DNA of 64,000 nt, from assembly GCA_947482115.1 (NCBI GenBank), contig CANKII010000004.1:133304-197303 (forward strand), written 5' to 3'. Shown here piece after piece: positions 9,790 to 18,575 of the stretch (position 1 is the stretch's first letter; every line of letters begins with the position of its first letter). The notes beneath the pieces were generated by a model. That model worked only from the letters and a program-made list of their open reading frames with translations. It had not been told where the DNA came from and searched no databases. Both the position numbers and the translations under genes were made by a program. The stretch is from Fibrobacterota bacterium (GTDB taxonomy: Bacteria > Fibrobacterota > Fibrobacteria > UBA11236).

Positions 9790-9809
9790 GGGCGGACAGC
9801 CGTCCGCCC
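9790..9809 (-). terminator. GC hairpin immediately after the bioB stop (no clear U-tract)
   Basis: gggcggac-agcc-gtccgccc, an 8-bp perfect stem. Confidence 0.3.
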
Positions 9810-10904
9810 TTACGAAGATTTACGTGAGGTAAATTGAACGCGTTCGGACAACGGGGACGTGGTGTTTTCCATCGCAGGCGCGTCGCCCACTACTTCAAAT
9901 CCCATATCGCGGATCATCTCAATGTCGAGATTCGGAGCCTGACCTTCCGTGGTCAGATAATCGCCCACGAACAGCGAGTTGGCGGCGTACAAACCCAGCG
10001 GTTGCAGACTGCGCAAATGCAATTCGCGTCCACCCGCAATGCGCAACGTCGCGCGCGGATTCAAAAAGCGGAACAGGCACAAAATTTTGAGGCAGCGCAT
10101 CGGTGTCAAATCTTCACGGGCCACCATGGATGTGCCCTTCATCGGAATCAGAAAATTGACGGGAATGGATTCCACTTGCATTTCACGCAGGCGATACGCC
10201 ACTTCCAGAATGTCGTCCTCGGCTTCGCCCATGCCGAACAACGCGCCGCTGCAGGCGGAAATGCCCGCACCCGTCACCTTGCGCACCGTGTCCAAGCGAT
10301 CCGCGAAACCATGCGTCGAACAGATTTCTCCGTAATGACGCTCCGAGGTGTTGAGATTGTGGTTGTAAGCATCCACACCGGCGGCTTCCAAAGTTTCGGC
10401 CTGACCGTCCTTGAGCAAACCGAGGCAGGCGCACAATTCCAACTGCGGATATTTCGCCTTGACCTGACGTATGGACTCGGCCACCGCGCCGACATCCTTG
10501 TCACTCGGTCCGCGCATGCTGGCCACCATGCACAGGCGCGTAGCCTTGTTGGCAATCGCTTTTTCGGCAGCTTCCATGACGTCTTCCGCACCCATCATGC
10601 GGTATTTATCCACCGGCGCATCGGAATCGCGTGATTGCGAACAGTAGCCGCAATCCTCGGCACAGATGCCGCTTTGAATGTTGAGCAGAAAGTTGAGCTT
10701 GACCGTTTTTCCGAAATAGGTCTGGCGCACACGGAACGCCGCCTGCAACAGCGTCAAAACATCATCGTCCGCCCAGTTCAAAACCGACAGGGCTTCTTCC
10801 CGGCTCAGCTCTTCACCTTGCAGGCTTTTCTCGGCCAAATCCGCAGCGTTTGAAACTTGTGTTTCCGCAAAGGCGGTCATGGGAACTCCTTGGAATGAGT
10901 CCAA
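9810..10904 (-). CDS. bioB: biotin synthase (radical SAM)
   Basis: Radical-SAM CAEDCGYCSQS cysteine motif and BioB-like length and architecture. The exact start is uncertain (possibly the internal MTAF...). Confidence 0.85.
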   Translation of the reverse strand: MDSFQGVPMTAFAETQVSNAADLAEKSLQGEELSREEALSVLNWADDDVLTLLQAAFRVRQTYFGKTVKLNFLLNIQSGICAEDCGYCSQSRDSDAPVDKYRMMGAEDVMEAAEKAIANKATRLCMVASMRGPSDKDVGAVAESIRQVKAKYPQLELCACLGLLKDGQAETLEAAGVDAYNHNLNTSERHYGEICSTHGFADRLDTVRKVTGAGISACSGALFGMGEAEDDILEVAYRLREMQVESIPVNFLIPMKGTSMVAREDLTPMRCLKILCLFRFLNPRATLRIAGGRELHLRSLQPLGLYAANSLFVGDYLTTEGQAPNLDIEMIRDMGFEVVGDAPAMENTTSPLSERVQFTSRKSS

Positions 10905-10917
10905 AATATAGGACTAG

Positions 10918-12057
10918 TTACGCCTGTCGCGCTGCGGTGTAGGCCTGCTCAACGGCTTGGGCAATAATCGGGATTTCTTCGGCGGTATTTCCGATTCCGA
11001 GGGAAAAACGCAGGGAGGAAATGGCGTCTTCCTGCGAACGGCCCATGGCCAGCAATACTTCCGATGCTTTGACCGATCCTGAAGCGCAGGCCGATCCCGC
11101 CGATGCGGCGATGCCACGCAAATCCAAAGCCATGACGAGTATATCTCCCCTGCAACCGGGAAAAGTTGCATGCAAGGTATTGGGTAATCGGGAAACATTC
11201 GCTGCGTTGACTTTCATTTCCGGAATGCGCTGACGCAGTTCCGATTCGAGCGCATCACGCAAGGCTTGAACACGCAGACGTTCCTCGGCTCCGCGTTGTT
11301 TCCACACTACTGCGGCCGCACCGAATCCCGCAATGCCGGGAACATTCTCCGTGCCACCGCGCAATCCCCGCTCCTGTCCCCCGCCGCGCACAAAGGAATC
11401 GATTTGCAATCCTTTGCGGATGTACAACGCGCCGACACCTTTGGGTCCGCCAATTTTATGCGCAACGAATGCGGCGAGATCGACGGGCAATGTGGAAACA
11501 TCGACGGGGATTTTCCCTAAGGATTGCGTCATGTCGCAAAAGAAGAGAACACCCTTGGTGCGCAACAAAGTTCCGATTTCCAGAATCGGTTGTACGGTTC
11601 CGACTTCGTTGTTGGCTGCCATAATGGCACATAATACCGTGTCGGCTCGCAGCGCAGCATTCACCGCTTCGACAGTGATGACTCCATCCGTATCGGGTTT
11701 GACCCAAGTCACTTCCCAACCTTCGCTTTCCAAAGCCTTGACTTCGGATTTCACCGCAGGATGTTCGATGGCGCTGATGACGAGATGTTTTCCTTTTTGC
11801 TTCTGCAAATTCGCACCGCTGACAATGGCGAGGTTGCAGGACTCCGTGCCGCCACTGGTAAACACAATTTCATTGGGCTTTGCGCCGATCAACTCCGCCA
11901 CACGCTCCCGCGCATCCTCGACCTCCTGCCGCGCCCGGCGTCCGGGACCATGCAGACTGGAGGGATTTCCCCACGCCTCCTTTGCGGCGCGGGTCATGGC
12001 ATCGAGGGCTTCGGGGAGAAGCGGGGATGTGGCGTTATGGTCGAGGTAGTGGGTCAT
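10918..12057 (-). CDS. cysteine desulfurase, IscS/NifS family (class V aminotransferase)
   Basis: MTHYLDHNATSPLLPEALDAM..., a PLP-lysine region and the SAGSACASGS active-site cysteine loop. Confidence 0.8.
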   Translation of the reverse strand: MTHYLDHNATSPLLPEALDAMTRAAKEAWGNPSSLHGPGRRARQEVEDARERVAELIGAKPNEIVFTSGGTESCNLAIVSGANLQKQKGKHLVISAIEHPAVKSEVKALESEGWEVTWVKPDTDGVITVEAVNAALRADTVLCAIMAANNEVGTVQPILEIGTLLRTKGVLFFCDMTQSLGKIPVDVSTLPVDLAAFVAHKIGGPKGVGALYIRKGLQIDSFVRGGGQERGLRGGTENVPGIAGFGAAAVVWKQRGAEERLRVQALRDALESELRQRIPEMKVNAANVSRLPNTLHATFPGCRGDILVMALDLRGIAASAGSACASGSVKASEVLLAMGRSQEDAISSLRFSLGIGNTAEEIPIIAQAVEQAYTAARQA

Positions 12058-12092
12058 GGATTATCCGACCAGAAAAAAAATTTGAGCCAGCC

Positions 12093-13988
12093 TTAGCCCG
12101 CCTCGTCCACCACCCGCATATTCAACATCTGATCCAGCAAATACTCGTTCCGATGCCCGGAGCCGAGTTCCACCGCAATCAATTTCATCGGATCGCGATT
12201 GCGCAGCAGATGCAACGGCTGAACCTTCATCCGTTTTCCCGCACCATTGTGCGCAAACTCGATCATACGCTCGGACACCATCGCGTCCTCCACCATGCGT
12301 AACCGCTGCTCAGCTGTCTCCTCCGCTCGAACCTTGGGACCACGATCCGGATCGAGGCGAGGTGGCGGTTCGCGCTTGGCAGGTGCCACATGGCGATAGG
12401 CAATCTCTCCATGGGCAAAGGACGGAAGGAACCATTCGGTATCATCGCTGTTCGGCAACACAGGACGGCCGGTGCGTTCCACGGCATACTCATCGCCGGG
12501 AAGCAAATCAAACACGCGCAAATATTCCCGCGCCGCTTCGCGATTCATCTTGGGCAGCACAAAACCGTATCCCGGGATCACCTCGGTGACCAAATCCATG
12601 AATTGCGGAAATTCTTCCAATTCACGGAAGCGTTCCGCATCGCGCACATGCAGAACAAAAATTTCGCGGAACACCGCCGACACGTAGGACGCCGCCCAAT
12701 CCGCAAAGGTGCGGCGTGCGGGCGCTTCAAAACCCAGCCATGCCGCAAGTTCCTGCAAACCCTCGGCAGTCATGCCTGCACGCAAACCTTCCACCACGGA
12801 ATCCTTGGTGAAGCGGTAGCGCGTCAGCATTTCGTCATTATCGCGATTGGCGACCAGCTCGATTTGGAATTGCCGGTTCAACGGACCACCGACTGGTACT
12901 AATGCTTCAAGATTCGGCAGACCGCGGGGAGATTCCCCGGAAGAAGCGTCCGGCTCAGCGTCACGATCCACCGGAAGAATACGTGCCCAGCGTATGCGAC
13001 CTTTTTGCATGGCGAACTCGACACCACCCAACAACCACAGTTCGCGCAACGGACGCGGCAAATTTTCCCAGGTGAACAGTTCGTTTTGTGCTTTGACTCT
13101 GGCCTTGTCCCATCCTTCATACACTGAAAACACGGGGATCAAGGTCAGAATCGCATACGCATACGCTGCGGAAGCGCCGTTCGATCGTTTGTGTTCCGAC
13201 AAGCCCTTCAGAACGCGCACACCGCCGTGAATGCGCTTGCGCAACCACCACTCGCGCAACTTCTCCGCGATTTCGGAACGACCTTCTTCCATCCACGCTG
13301 CCGCCGAGGAGGACAATTGCAAAACACCTTCCTCTTCCAACAACAACCCGGCATCCGCCGCAAAGCGGAACAGAAAAGTCGCTTCTTCTTCAGCCGCCGT
13401 CGCTGAAAGCGATTCACCGGAAACAAAACCCTTGGACAATTCCTGCAAGCTCTTGCGATGCAATTCACCGGCTTGAGTCAGGCGCAATTCACCAAGGGCC
13501 ACACGGCCGAGAAAATGACAGAGGTGTGCGGTCGCATAAGGCGCGTTGGAAATCCAACCTGTTGACGATGGCGTTTCTTCCACCGCCGCGAATTCGGCCA
13601 GCAAAGTCGGCAAAAACAGCGGAGCCATTTCACGGAAACCGTGATAGCTGCGGCCGCCTTCGCCTTCACGACAAAGAATCAACAGCTCATATTCAAGAAC
13701 ACCCAGCCAATATCCCGTCCATGCCGGACCGCCACCGGAACCGCGCACCAGTTCAGATTCCAACACACCGCGTTCTTCAGCGGCATAAATGGCCATCAAC
13801 AAACGACGGGCTTCCGAATCCAGGTCTTTAATCGCAGCCTGAAGCCGCTTGGGATCCAAAGTCCGCTTGCGAACTTCATCCACAATCTGGGTTGCCTGCA
13901 ACAACCCAGCATCTGGATGGTCGCGGCGATACAGCTTCATCAAGTGGGTCTTGGGAGCCGAGGCAAAGTATTCGAGAAGCGATTGCAC
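12093..13988 (-). CDS. large conserved hypothetical protein (about 630 aa)
   Basis: Long ORF with no recognisable motifs. The listed 691-aa form reads through the REP palindrome, so the start is probably GTG at 13988 or ATG at 13940. It forms an operon with iscS-bioB-hisHF. Confidence 0.5.
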   Translation of the reverse strand: MQSLLEYFASAPKTHLMKLYRRDHPDAGLLQATQIVDEVRKRTLDPKRLQAAIKDLDSEARRLLMAIYAAEERGVLESELVRGSGGGPAWTGYWLGVLEYELLILCREGEGGRSYHGFREMAPLFLPTLLAEFAAVEETPSSTGWISNAPYATAHLCHFLGRVALGELRLTQAGELHRKSLQELSKGFVSGESLSATAAEEEATFLFRFAADAGLLLEEEGVLQLSSSAAAWMEEGRSEIAEKLREWWLRKRIHGGVRVLKGLSEHKRSNGASAAYAYAILTLIPVFSVYEGWDKARVKAQNELFTWENLPRPLRELWLLGGVEFAMQKGRIRWARILPVDRDAEPDASSGESPRGLPNLEALVPVGGPLNRQFQIELVANRDNDEMLTRYRFTKDSVVEGLRAGMTAEGLQELAAWLGFEAPARRTFADWAASYVSAVFREIFVLHVRDAERFRELEEFPQFMDLVTEVIPGYGFVLPKMNREAAREYLRVFDLLPGDEYAVERTGRPVLPNSDDTEWFLPSFAHGEIAYRHVAPAKREPPPRLDPDRGPKVRAEETAEQRLRMVEDAMVSERMIEFAHNGAGKRMKVQPLHLLRNRDPMKLIAVELGSGHRNEYLLDQMLNMRVVDEAG

Positions 13989-14037
13989 ATTGACCCTAGG
14001 ATGGGGGGAAGGGAAATATAGCCTTTGGGGACATCGG

Positions 14038-14078
14038 CCCGGCGTAGGGGCGATCCGGCGGGTCGCCCCTACGCCGGG
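14038..14078. repeat. REP-like palindrome copy 3 (GTAGGGGCGA core)
   Basis: cccggcgtaggggcga / tccggcggg / tcgcccctacgccggg. It is nearly identical in core and loop (CCGGCGGG) to copy 2. Confidence 0.6.
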
Positions 14079-14098
14079 GGCACGTTCCCACAAAACAC

Positions 14099-14124
14099 AA
14101 AAAAACCGACCTTGCAGGATCGGT
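14099..14124 (-). terminator. rho-independent terminator of ferredoxin gene A
   Basis: Minus strand: aaccgatcctgcaaggtcggt hairpin followed by TTTTTTT. Confidence 0.7.
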
Positions 14125-14171
14125 TTGAAAACCAATTCCACCCCGCACTGGGGTGTATCCACATGCAATTT

Positions 14172-14402
14172 TTATAAGGGGTTGTCGCGCCTGCCGCTGC
14201 CATCGTACTCGATGGCGATGGCAGCCATCGGGCAGCCTTCGACGGCTTCGATGATTTCCTTGATCATCGAGTAATCCGCATCTTTTCTGACGGCCATTTT
14301 TTCCGGCATGTCAAATACCTCGCGACAGGCCAATTCGCAGGCACCGCACATGCTGCATTCGTTTTCGGTTTCATCAAGCCAGACCTTGGTAATCGTTGAC
14401 AT
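14172..14402 (-). CDS. ferredoxin (small [3Fe-4S]/[4Fe-4S] type), paralog A
   Basis: 76 aa, MSTITKVWLDETENECSMCGACELAC...EGCPMAAIAIEYD (CxxCxxCxxxC...CP). SD AAGGGGGAG lies before the ATG at 14402, and the listed ORF has a spurious 20-aa extension. Confidence 0.75.
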   Translation of the reverse strand: MSTITKVWLDETENECSMCGACELACREVFDMPEKMAVRKDADYSMIKEIIEAVEGCPMAAIAIEYDGSGRRDNPL

Positions 14403-14556
14403 TTTGGCTCCCCCTTTGGGTTGTGGTTTCGGCATACTGCCATTTTGCCGCTGAAAGCGCATTTTGCATCGCGAAATGCGCGGATTTTAGCCGACTCTCT
14501 TCAAATGAGCAACAGGCGTGCCGTTATAAATGAATTGAGATGTGGAGGGTGGAAAT

Positions 14557-14582
14557 AAAAAAACCGACCCTGCAGGATCGGT
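14557..14582 (-). terminator. rho-independent terminator of ferredoxin gene B
   Basis: Same hairpin as the terminator of gene A with one substitution, followed by a 7-nt U-tract. Confidence 0.7.
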
Positions 14583-14629
14583 TTGAAAAACAATTCCATC
14601 CCGCACTGGGATGGATCCACATGCAATTT

Positions 14630-14860
14630 TTACGCGGGGTTGTCCCGCTTGCCGCTATGGTCGTATTCAATGCCGATGGTGCCCACAGGGCAGCCTTCAG
14701 CAGCTTCAACGATTTGTTGTGTCAAGGAAAAGTCAGCCCCTCCCTTGATCACCATTTTTTCCGGAACTTCAAACACTTCGGGGCAGGTCGCCTCGCAGGC
14801 ACCGCACATGGTGCATTCGTTCTCGGATTCATCCAACCAAACTTTCGTAACCGTCGACAT
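14630..14860 (-). CDS. ferredoxin, paralog B
   Basis: 76 aa, MSTVTKVWLDESENECTMCGACEATCPEVFEVPEKM...EGCPVGTIGIEYD, about 65% identical to paralog A. Confidence 0.8.
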   Translation of the reverse strand: MSTVTKVWLDESENECTMCGACEATCPEVFEVPEKMVIKGGADFSLTQQIVEAAEGCPVGTIGIEYDHSGKRDNPA

Positions 14861-14988
14861 CTTTAATCGCTCCTAAATCTGGAGCAAAGGTACTTGAATG
14901 GTCGTGTGACTTCAAGCATACAACCTTGCGGAAACAGTTCGAAAAGGCCACGAACGCACAAAATTCAAGGCTTGCTAACTTTCCTGAC

Positions 14989-16020
14989 ATGAAATTACAG
15001 GTGGGTATTCTAGGCGCCACTGGGCTGACCGGGGCGGAATTGATGCGTTTGCTGTTGCGGCATCCGCAAATTGAAATTGTCTGGCTCAGTTCCGAGTCCC
15101 AGACAGGTGTTCCTTATGACACAGTTTATCCGGTATTTTCGGGTCGACTACCGGAAAAAATCGCCAAGTTGATCTCCATGGAAGAAGCTGGGAAAACCAC
15201 TCCCGATGCAGTGTTTTCCTGCCTGCCTCACGCCGCTTCAGCAGAGGCCATTGAACCGTTTTTGAAAAACGGAAAAACCAAGGTCATCGATCTCTCCGCA
15301 GATTATCGGATTTCCGATGTCGCGATTTATTCCACAACTTACAGTCACAAACATCCGCATCCCGAACGGCTGAAGGATGCGGTATTTGGACTCACGGAAA
15401 TTCACCGGGAACAAATCGCGAAAACGAAACTTGTGGCCAATCCCGGTTGTTACTCGACTTCCATTCTGCTGCCTTTGCTGCCTTTGTTGAAGAACGGCGT
15501 CATTCAAAAAACAGGGATCATCGCGGATTCGAAATCCGGCGTATCCGGCATGGGACGGAAAGCCACCGAGGCATCGCATTTCATGGCCTGCAACGAAAAT
15601 TTTTCCGCATACAAGATTGGTGATCAACACCGGCATCTTCCGGAAATTCGGGAACAACTGGGCATTGCTTCCAATGCAGCCGTGAATCTTTTGTTCACCC
15701 CGCATTTGGTTCCGATGGAACGGGGGATTCTCTCCACGATTTATGTGGAACTGGTGACGGGAAAAACCGTGGCGGACATCGAAGCGTGCTGGAACAAAGC
15801 GTATGCAGGCTCACCGTTTGTAAAAATCGTAAAAGATTTTCCCAAAACCGCCGAGGTATCGCGGTCCAATGAATGCCGCTTCAAAGCCTATCAACCCGCT
15901 GAAGGCAATCGGGTCATCATCGTCTCCGTGCTGGACAACATGGTCAAAGGCGCTTCGGGTCAGGCTTTGCAAAACATGAATGTGATGTTCGGACTCGACG
16001 AGACGTTGGGCCTGCTTTGA
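14989..16020 (+). CDS. argC: N-acetyl-gamma-glutamyl-phosphate reductase
   Basis: MKLQVGILGATGLTGAELMRLL... with the ...ANPGCYST... active-site Cys region. The listed ORF has a 21-aa N-terminal extension. Confidence 0.85.
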   Translation: MKLQVGILGATGLTGAELMRLLLRHPQIEIVWLSSESQTGVPYDTVYPVFSGRLPEKIAKLISMEEAGKTTPDAVFSCLPHAASAEAIEPFLKNGKTKVIDLSADYRISDVAIYSTTYSHKHPHPERLKDAVFGLTEIHREQIAKTKLVANPGCYSTSILLPLLPLLKNGVIQKTGIIADSKSGVSGMGRKATEASHFMACNENFSAYKIGDQHRHLPEIREQLGIASNAAVNLLFTPHLVPMERGILSTIYVELVTGKTVADIEACWNKAYAGSPFVKIVKDFPKTAEVSRSNECRFKAYQPAEGNRVIIVSVLDNMVKGASGQALQNMNVMFGLDETLGLL

Positions 16021-16793
16021 GACCTGTCGTCGTCAAAATCGGCGGCTCCCTGATGGAAAGCTCCGAAAACCTGCGCGGCGTTGCGCGCGCGCTGGCTCCA
16101 TTGTGGAGCGCAGGCATTCCACTTGTGCTGGTGCATGGCGGCGGCAAGGACATCAATCGCAATTTGCAATGGCTGGGTGAAGAACCGAAATTCAAGGACG
16201 GTTTACGCGTCACTTCCGAGGATGCGCTGCTCATTGTGGAAATGACCTTGAGCGGATCGGTGAACAAACGATTGGTGTCGTTGCTGCAAGCCGAAGGCGC
16301 AAGGTCTTGTGGCATCAGCGGCGTGGACGGTTCGACTCTGGTGTGCCATCCCATCGATCCGGAATTGGGTCGCGTAGGCACGGTGTTCCAAGTGCGGCCT
16401 GCGCTGGTGGAAGCCCTGTTGCAAGTTCGGTTCTTACCCGTGGTGTCCCCCATCTCAACGGATACGACCGGTTCGCATTACAATGTGAACGCGGATGATG
16501 CCGCTTCCGCTTTGGCCGTGGCATTGAAAGCGGAACGATTGATTTATGTATCCGATGTTCCCGGAGTGATGGATGCGGCGAAACACATTGTGCCGAAATT
16601 GAATCGGGAAAACGCCGAGTCGATGATTGGGTCACAAGTGATCGCGGGCGGAATGATTCCGAAAGTGCGCTCGTGTTTGTCTGCGGTGGAAGCGGGTGTG
16701 GGTGAAGTTCACATCTGTGGATTTTCGACGACGGAACAATTGGAAGCCCAGATCAGCGGCGCATCCAATTCAGGTACCATTGTAGGAGTCTAG
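16017..16793 (+). CDS. argB: acetylglutamate kinase
   Basis: Amino-acid kinase fold (VVVKIGGS...VLVHGGG...). It has a TTG start overlapping the argC stop. Confidence 0.85.
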   Translation: MRPVVVKIGGSLMESSENLRGVARALAPLWSAGIPLVLVHGGGKDINRNLQWLGEEPKFKDGLRVTSEDALLIVEMTLSGSVNKRLVSLLQAEGARSCGISGVDGSTLVCHPIDPELGRVGTVFQVRPALVEALLQVRFLPVVSPISTDTTGSHYNVNADDAASALAVALKAERLIYVSDVPGVMDAAKHIVPKLNRENAESMIGSQVIAGGMIPKVRSCLSAVEAGVGEVHICGFSTTEQLEAQISGASNSGTIVGV

Positions 16794-16794
16794 G

Positions 16795-17955
16795 CTAGGG
16801 CCGGATCCACTTCTTCGAAAACACACCGCGTACAGTGCGAACGGTAAACAGATAGACGACACCGGATTTCACCGCATTCAGATCCTTCAGCGCATACGCT
16901 TTAACGCCCTCCCCTTTGCGGGAACTGACAAGACGACCGCCCATATCATGCACAAAAATTTCGTGGGGGCCACCTATGTTGAGTCTCACAAAACCGTTTG
17001 ACAGTTCAAGGGGGCTCCAAGAGAATGCATTTTGAGAGGACCGCTGCAGACCGGTAGTCCACGCGGCTTTTCGTAATCCCGGAGCGACCAGCGTCCTATC
17101 AGGCGTTCCTCCGTAACCATCCACGTACATCGCGGAATCCTTGACCACCACCAGCGAATAATTGTTGCCGGTGCCCGTGACCGAGGCGGGACAGTTCACC
17201 ATGGCATGCTGCGTCAGGTAATGAATGCCGTTGACCTTCGCGTAGCCTCCTTCGTGGCGATGACCCTGCAGGACATGGGTCACATTGCCATGTGTTTCCA
17301 GAAGCTGCCGGATTTCCACCGAGTTGTCCAGCGAATAATCCGTTTGATCGTTGATGTTTTGATGAATGGCCACGATGGTGGGTTTCTGTCCCGCGCTGTC
17401 CAGGTTGGCGGTCAGCCACGCTTTTTGCTCTGCGGGAATCTGGGTATCCGTCCACACCCATGGATCGACCCGGCCATAATCTTTTCCGTTCGGAGTGTAG
17501 TTCCCATCCAGCACGATGAAGTGAATGGGACCGACATCGAAGGAGTAATATTTCTTCTTGATCACACCATACGTATGCTCGAGCCATTCGCTCTTGTTCA
17601 ACGAAGCTTCGTCGTGATTGCCCATCACCTGATAAACTGGGCCCTGAAATTTGGAAACCTCGGCGTTCAGAGCGTTTATGTCCGTGACAGTTTTGGCAGA
17701 ATCGGCAGCGGTGTAGCCGTCGACGTAGTCACCGAGGATGAGCAAAAAGGCCGGCGCTTTGGTATTGAGGAAAGTGACGGCCGACGCCATCTTGGCAATG
17801 GTGTTGCGGTAGCACCGGTCGGTGGTGGAGGTCTTGTCGGCGTACTGCGGATCGGCGATGATGGCAAAACGCAGACTATCCGGCCCGAGCTGGGCCGATG
17901 CACAGAGCGGAAAGGCCAGAAGCACGGCACGGATCCATATTTTTGATCGCATCAT
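16795..17955 (-). CDS. secreted calcineurin-like metallophosphoesterase with a C-terminal tail resembling a T9SS sorting domain
   Basis: Signal peptide, then GDYVDG...GNHD...metallophosphatase motifs. The last ~60 aa (IFVHDMGGRLVSSRKG...SGVVYLFTVRTVRGVFSKKWIRP) resemble Por_Secre_tail. Confidence 0.65.
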   Translation of the reverse strand: MMRSKIWIRAVLLAFPLCASAQLGPDSLRFAIIADPQYADKTSTTDRCYRNTIAKMASAVTFLNTKAPAFLLILGDYVDGYTAADSAKTVTDINALNAEVSKFQGPVYQVMGNHDEASLNKSEWLEHTYGVIKKKYYSFDVGPIHFIVLDGNYTPNGKDYGRVDPWVWTDTQIPAEQKAWLTANLDSAGQKPTIVAIHQNINDQTDYSLDNSVEIRQLLETHGNVTHVLQGHRHEGGYAKVNGIHYLTQHAMVNCPASVTGTGNNYSLVVVKDSAMYVDGYGGTPDRTLVAPGLRKAAWTTGLQRSSQNAFSWSPLELSNGFVRLNIGGPHEIFVHDMGGRLVSSRKGEGVKAYALKDLNAVKSGVVYLFTVRTVRGVFSKKWIRP

Positions 17956-18053
17956 AAACCCACCTTTTCCATTCTCACTCGGGACAGGGACATCATTTCA
18001 GCGTGAGGAAAATATACCTCGACGGTTCAATCCTTTGTTTTCATTTTGTATCG

Positions 18054-18497
18054 ATGCGGCTGTGGACCCTTCATCCCAAACATCTCGATCCGGCCGGTCT
18101 GGTTGCCCTTTGGCGTGAAGCCTTGCTGGCGCAGGCGGTTTTATTGGGAAAAACCAAGGGCTACAAGCATCATCCCCAATTGATTCGGTTCCAACAACTT
18201 TCCGACCCTGCGGCGGGCGTAGCAAGTTATCTCGCCGCGGTATATGCGGAGGCGTTACGACGCGGTTACAGTTTTGATGGAACCAAGATCGCAGAGAAAC
18301 GGTGGAAGGGAAAGATTGCGGAGACGAAAGGACAGTTGGAATATGAATGGGAGCATTTGGGAAAGAAACTGAAGAATCGAAATCCGGAGTGGTATAAGAA
18401 AGAACACAAAGGACTAGTCCCCACTCCGCATCCGATGTTTAAAGTTGTTGCGGGGAAGATTCGGGAGTGGGAGAAATCGACGAGCTCCGCATTCTGA
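18054..18497 (+). CDS. pyrimidine dimer DNA glycosylase family protein (T4 DenV-like)
   Basis: The N-terminus MRLWTLHPKHLDPAGLVALWREALLAQAV aligns with the T4 endonuclease V [25 protein letters not shown] region. Confidence 0.55.
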   Translation: MRLWTLHPKHLDPAGLVALWREALLAQAVLLGKTKGYKHHPQLIRFQQLSDPAAGVASYLAAVYAEALRRGYSFDGTKIAEKRWKGKIAETKGQLEYEWEHLGKKLKNRNPEWYKKEHKGLVPTPHPMFKVVAGKIREWEKSTSSAF

Positions 18498-18575
18498 ATT
18501 ATCCGCTTTCGGAGGATGATGTTCGGGCGAGGCATCAAAGCACAAAGCCTGCGGGCGGGAATTGAATTTTACTCC

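Noticed and set aside
9834-10634. 266-aa plus-strand ORF
   Set aside because: Antisense shadow of bioB.
11333-12049. 238-aa plus-strand ORF
   Set aside because: Antisense shadow of the cysteine desulfurase gene.
13989-14168. N-terminal 60 codons of the listed 691-aa ORF
   Set aside because: They translate through the REP palindrome (…ERAPGVGATRRIAPTPGR…) and run into the ferredoxin terminator region. The true start is further downstream.
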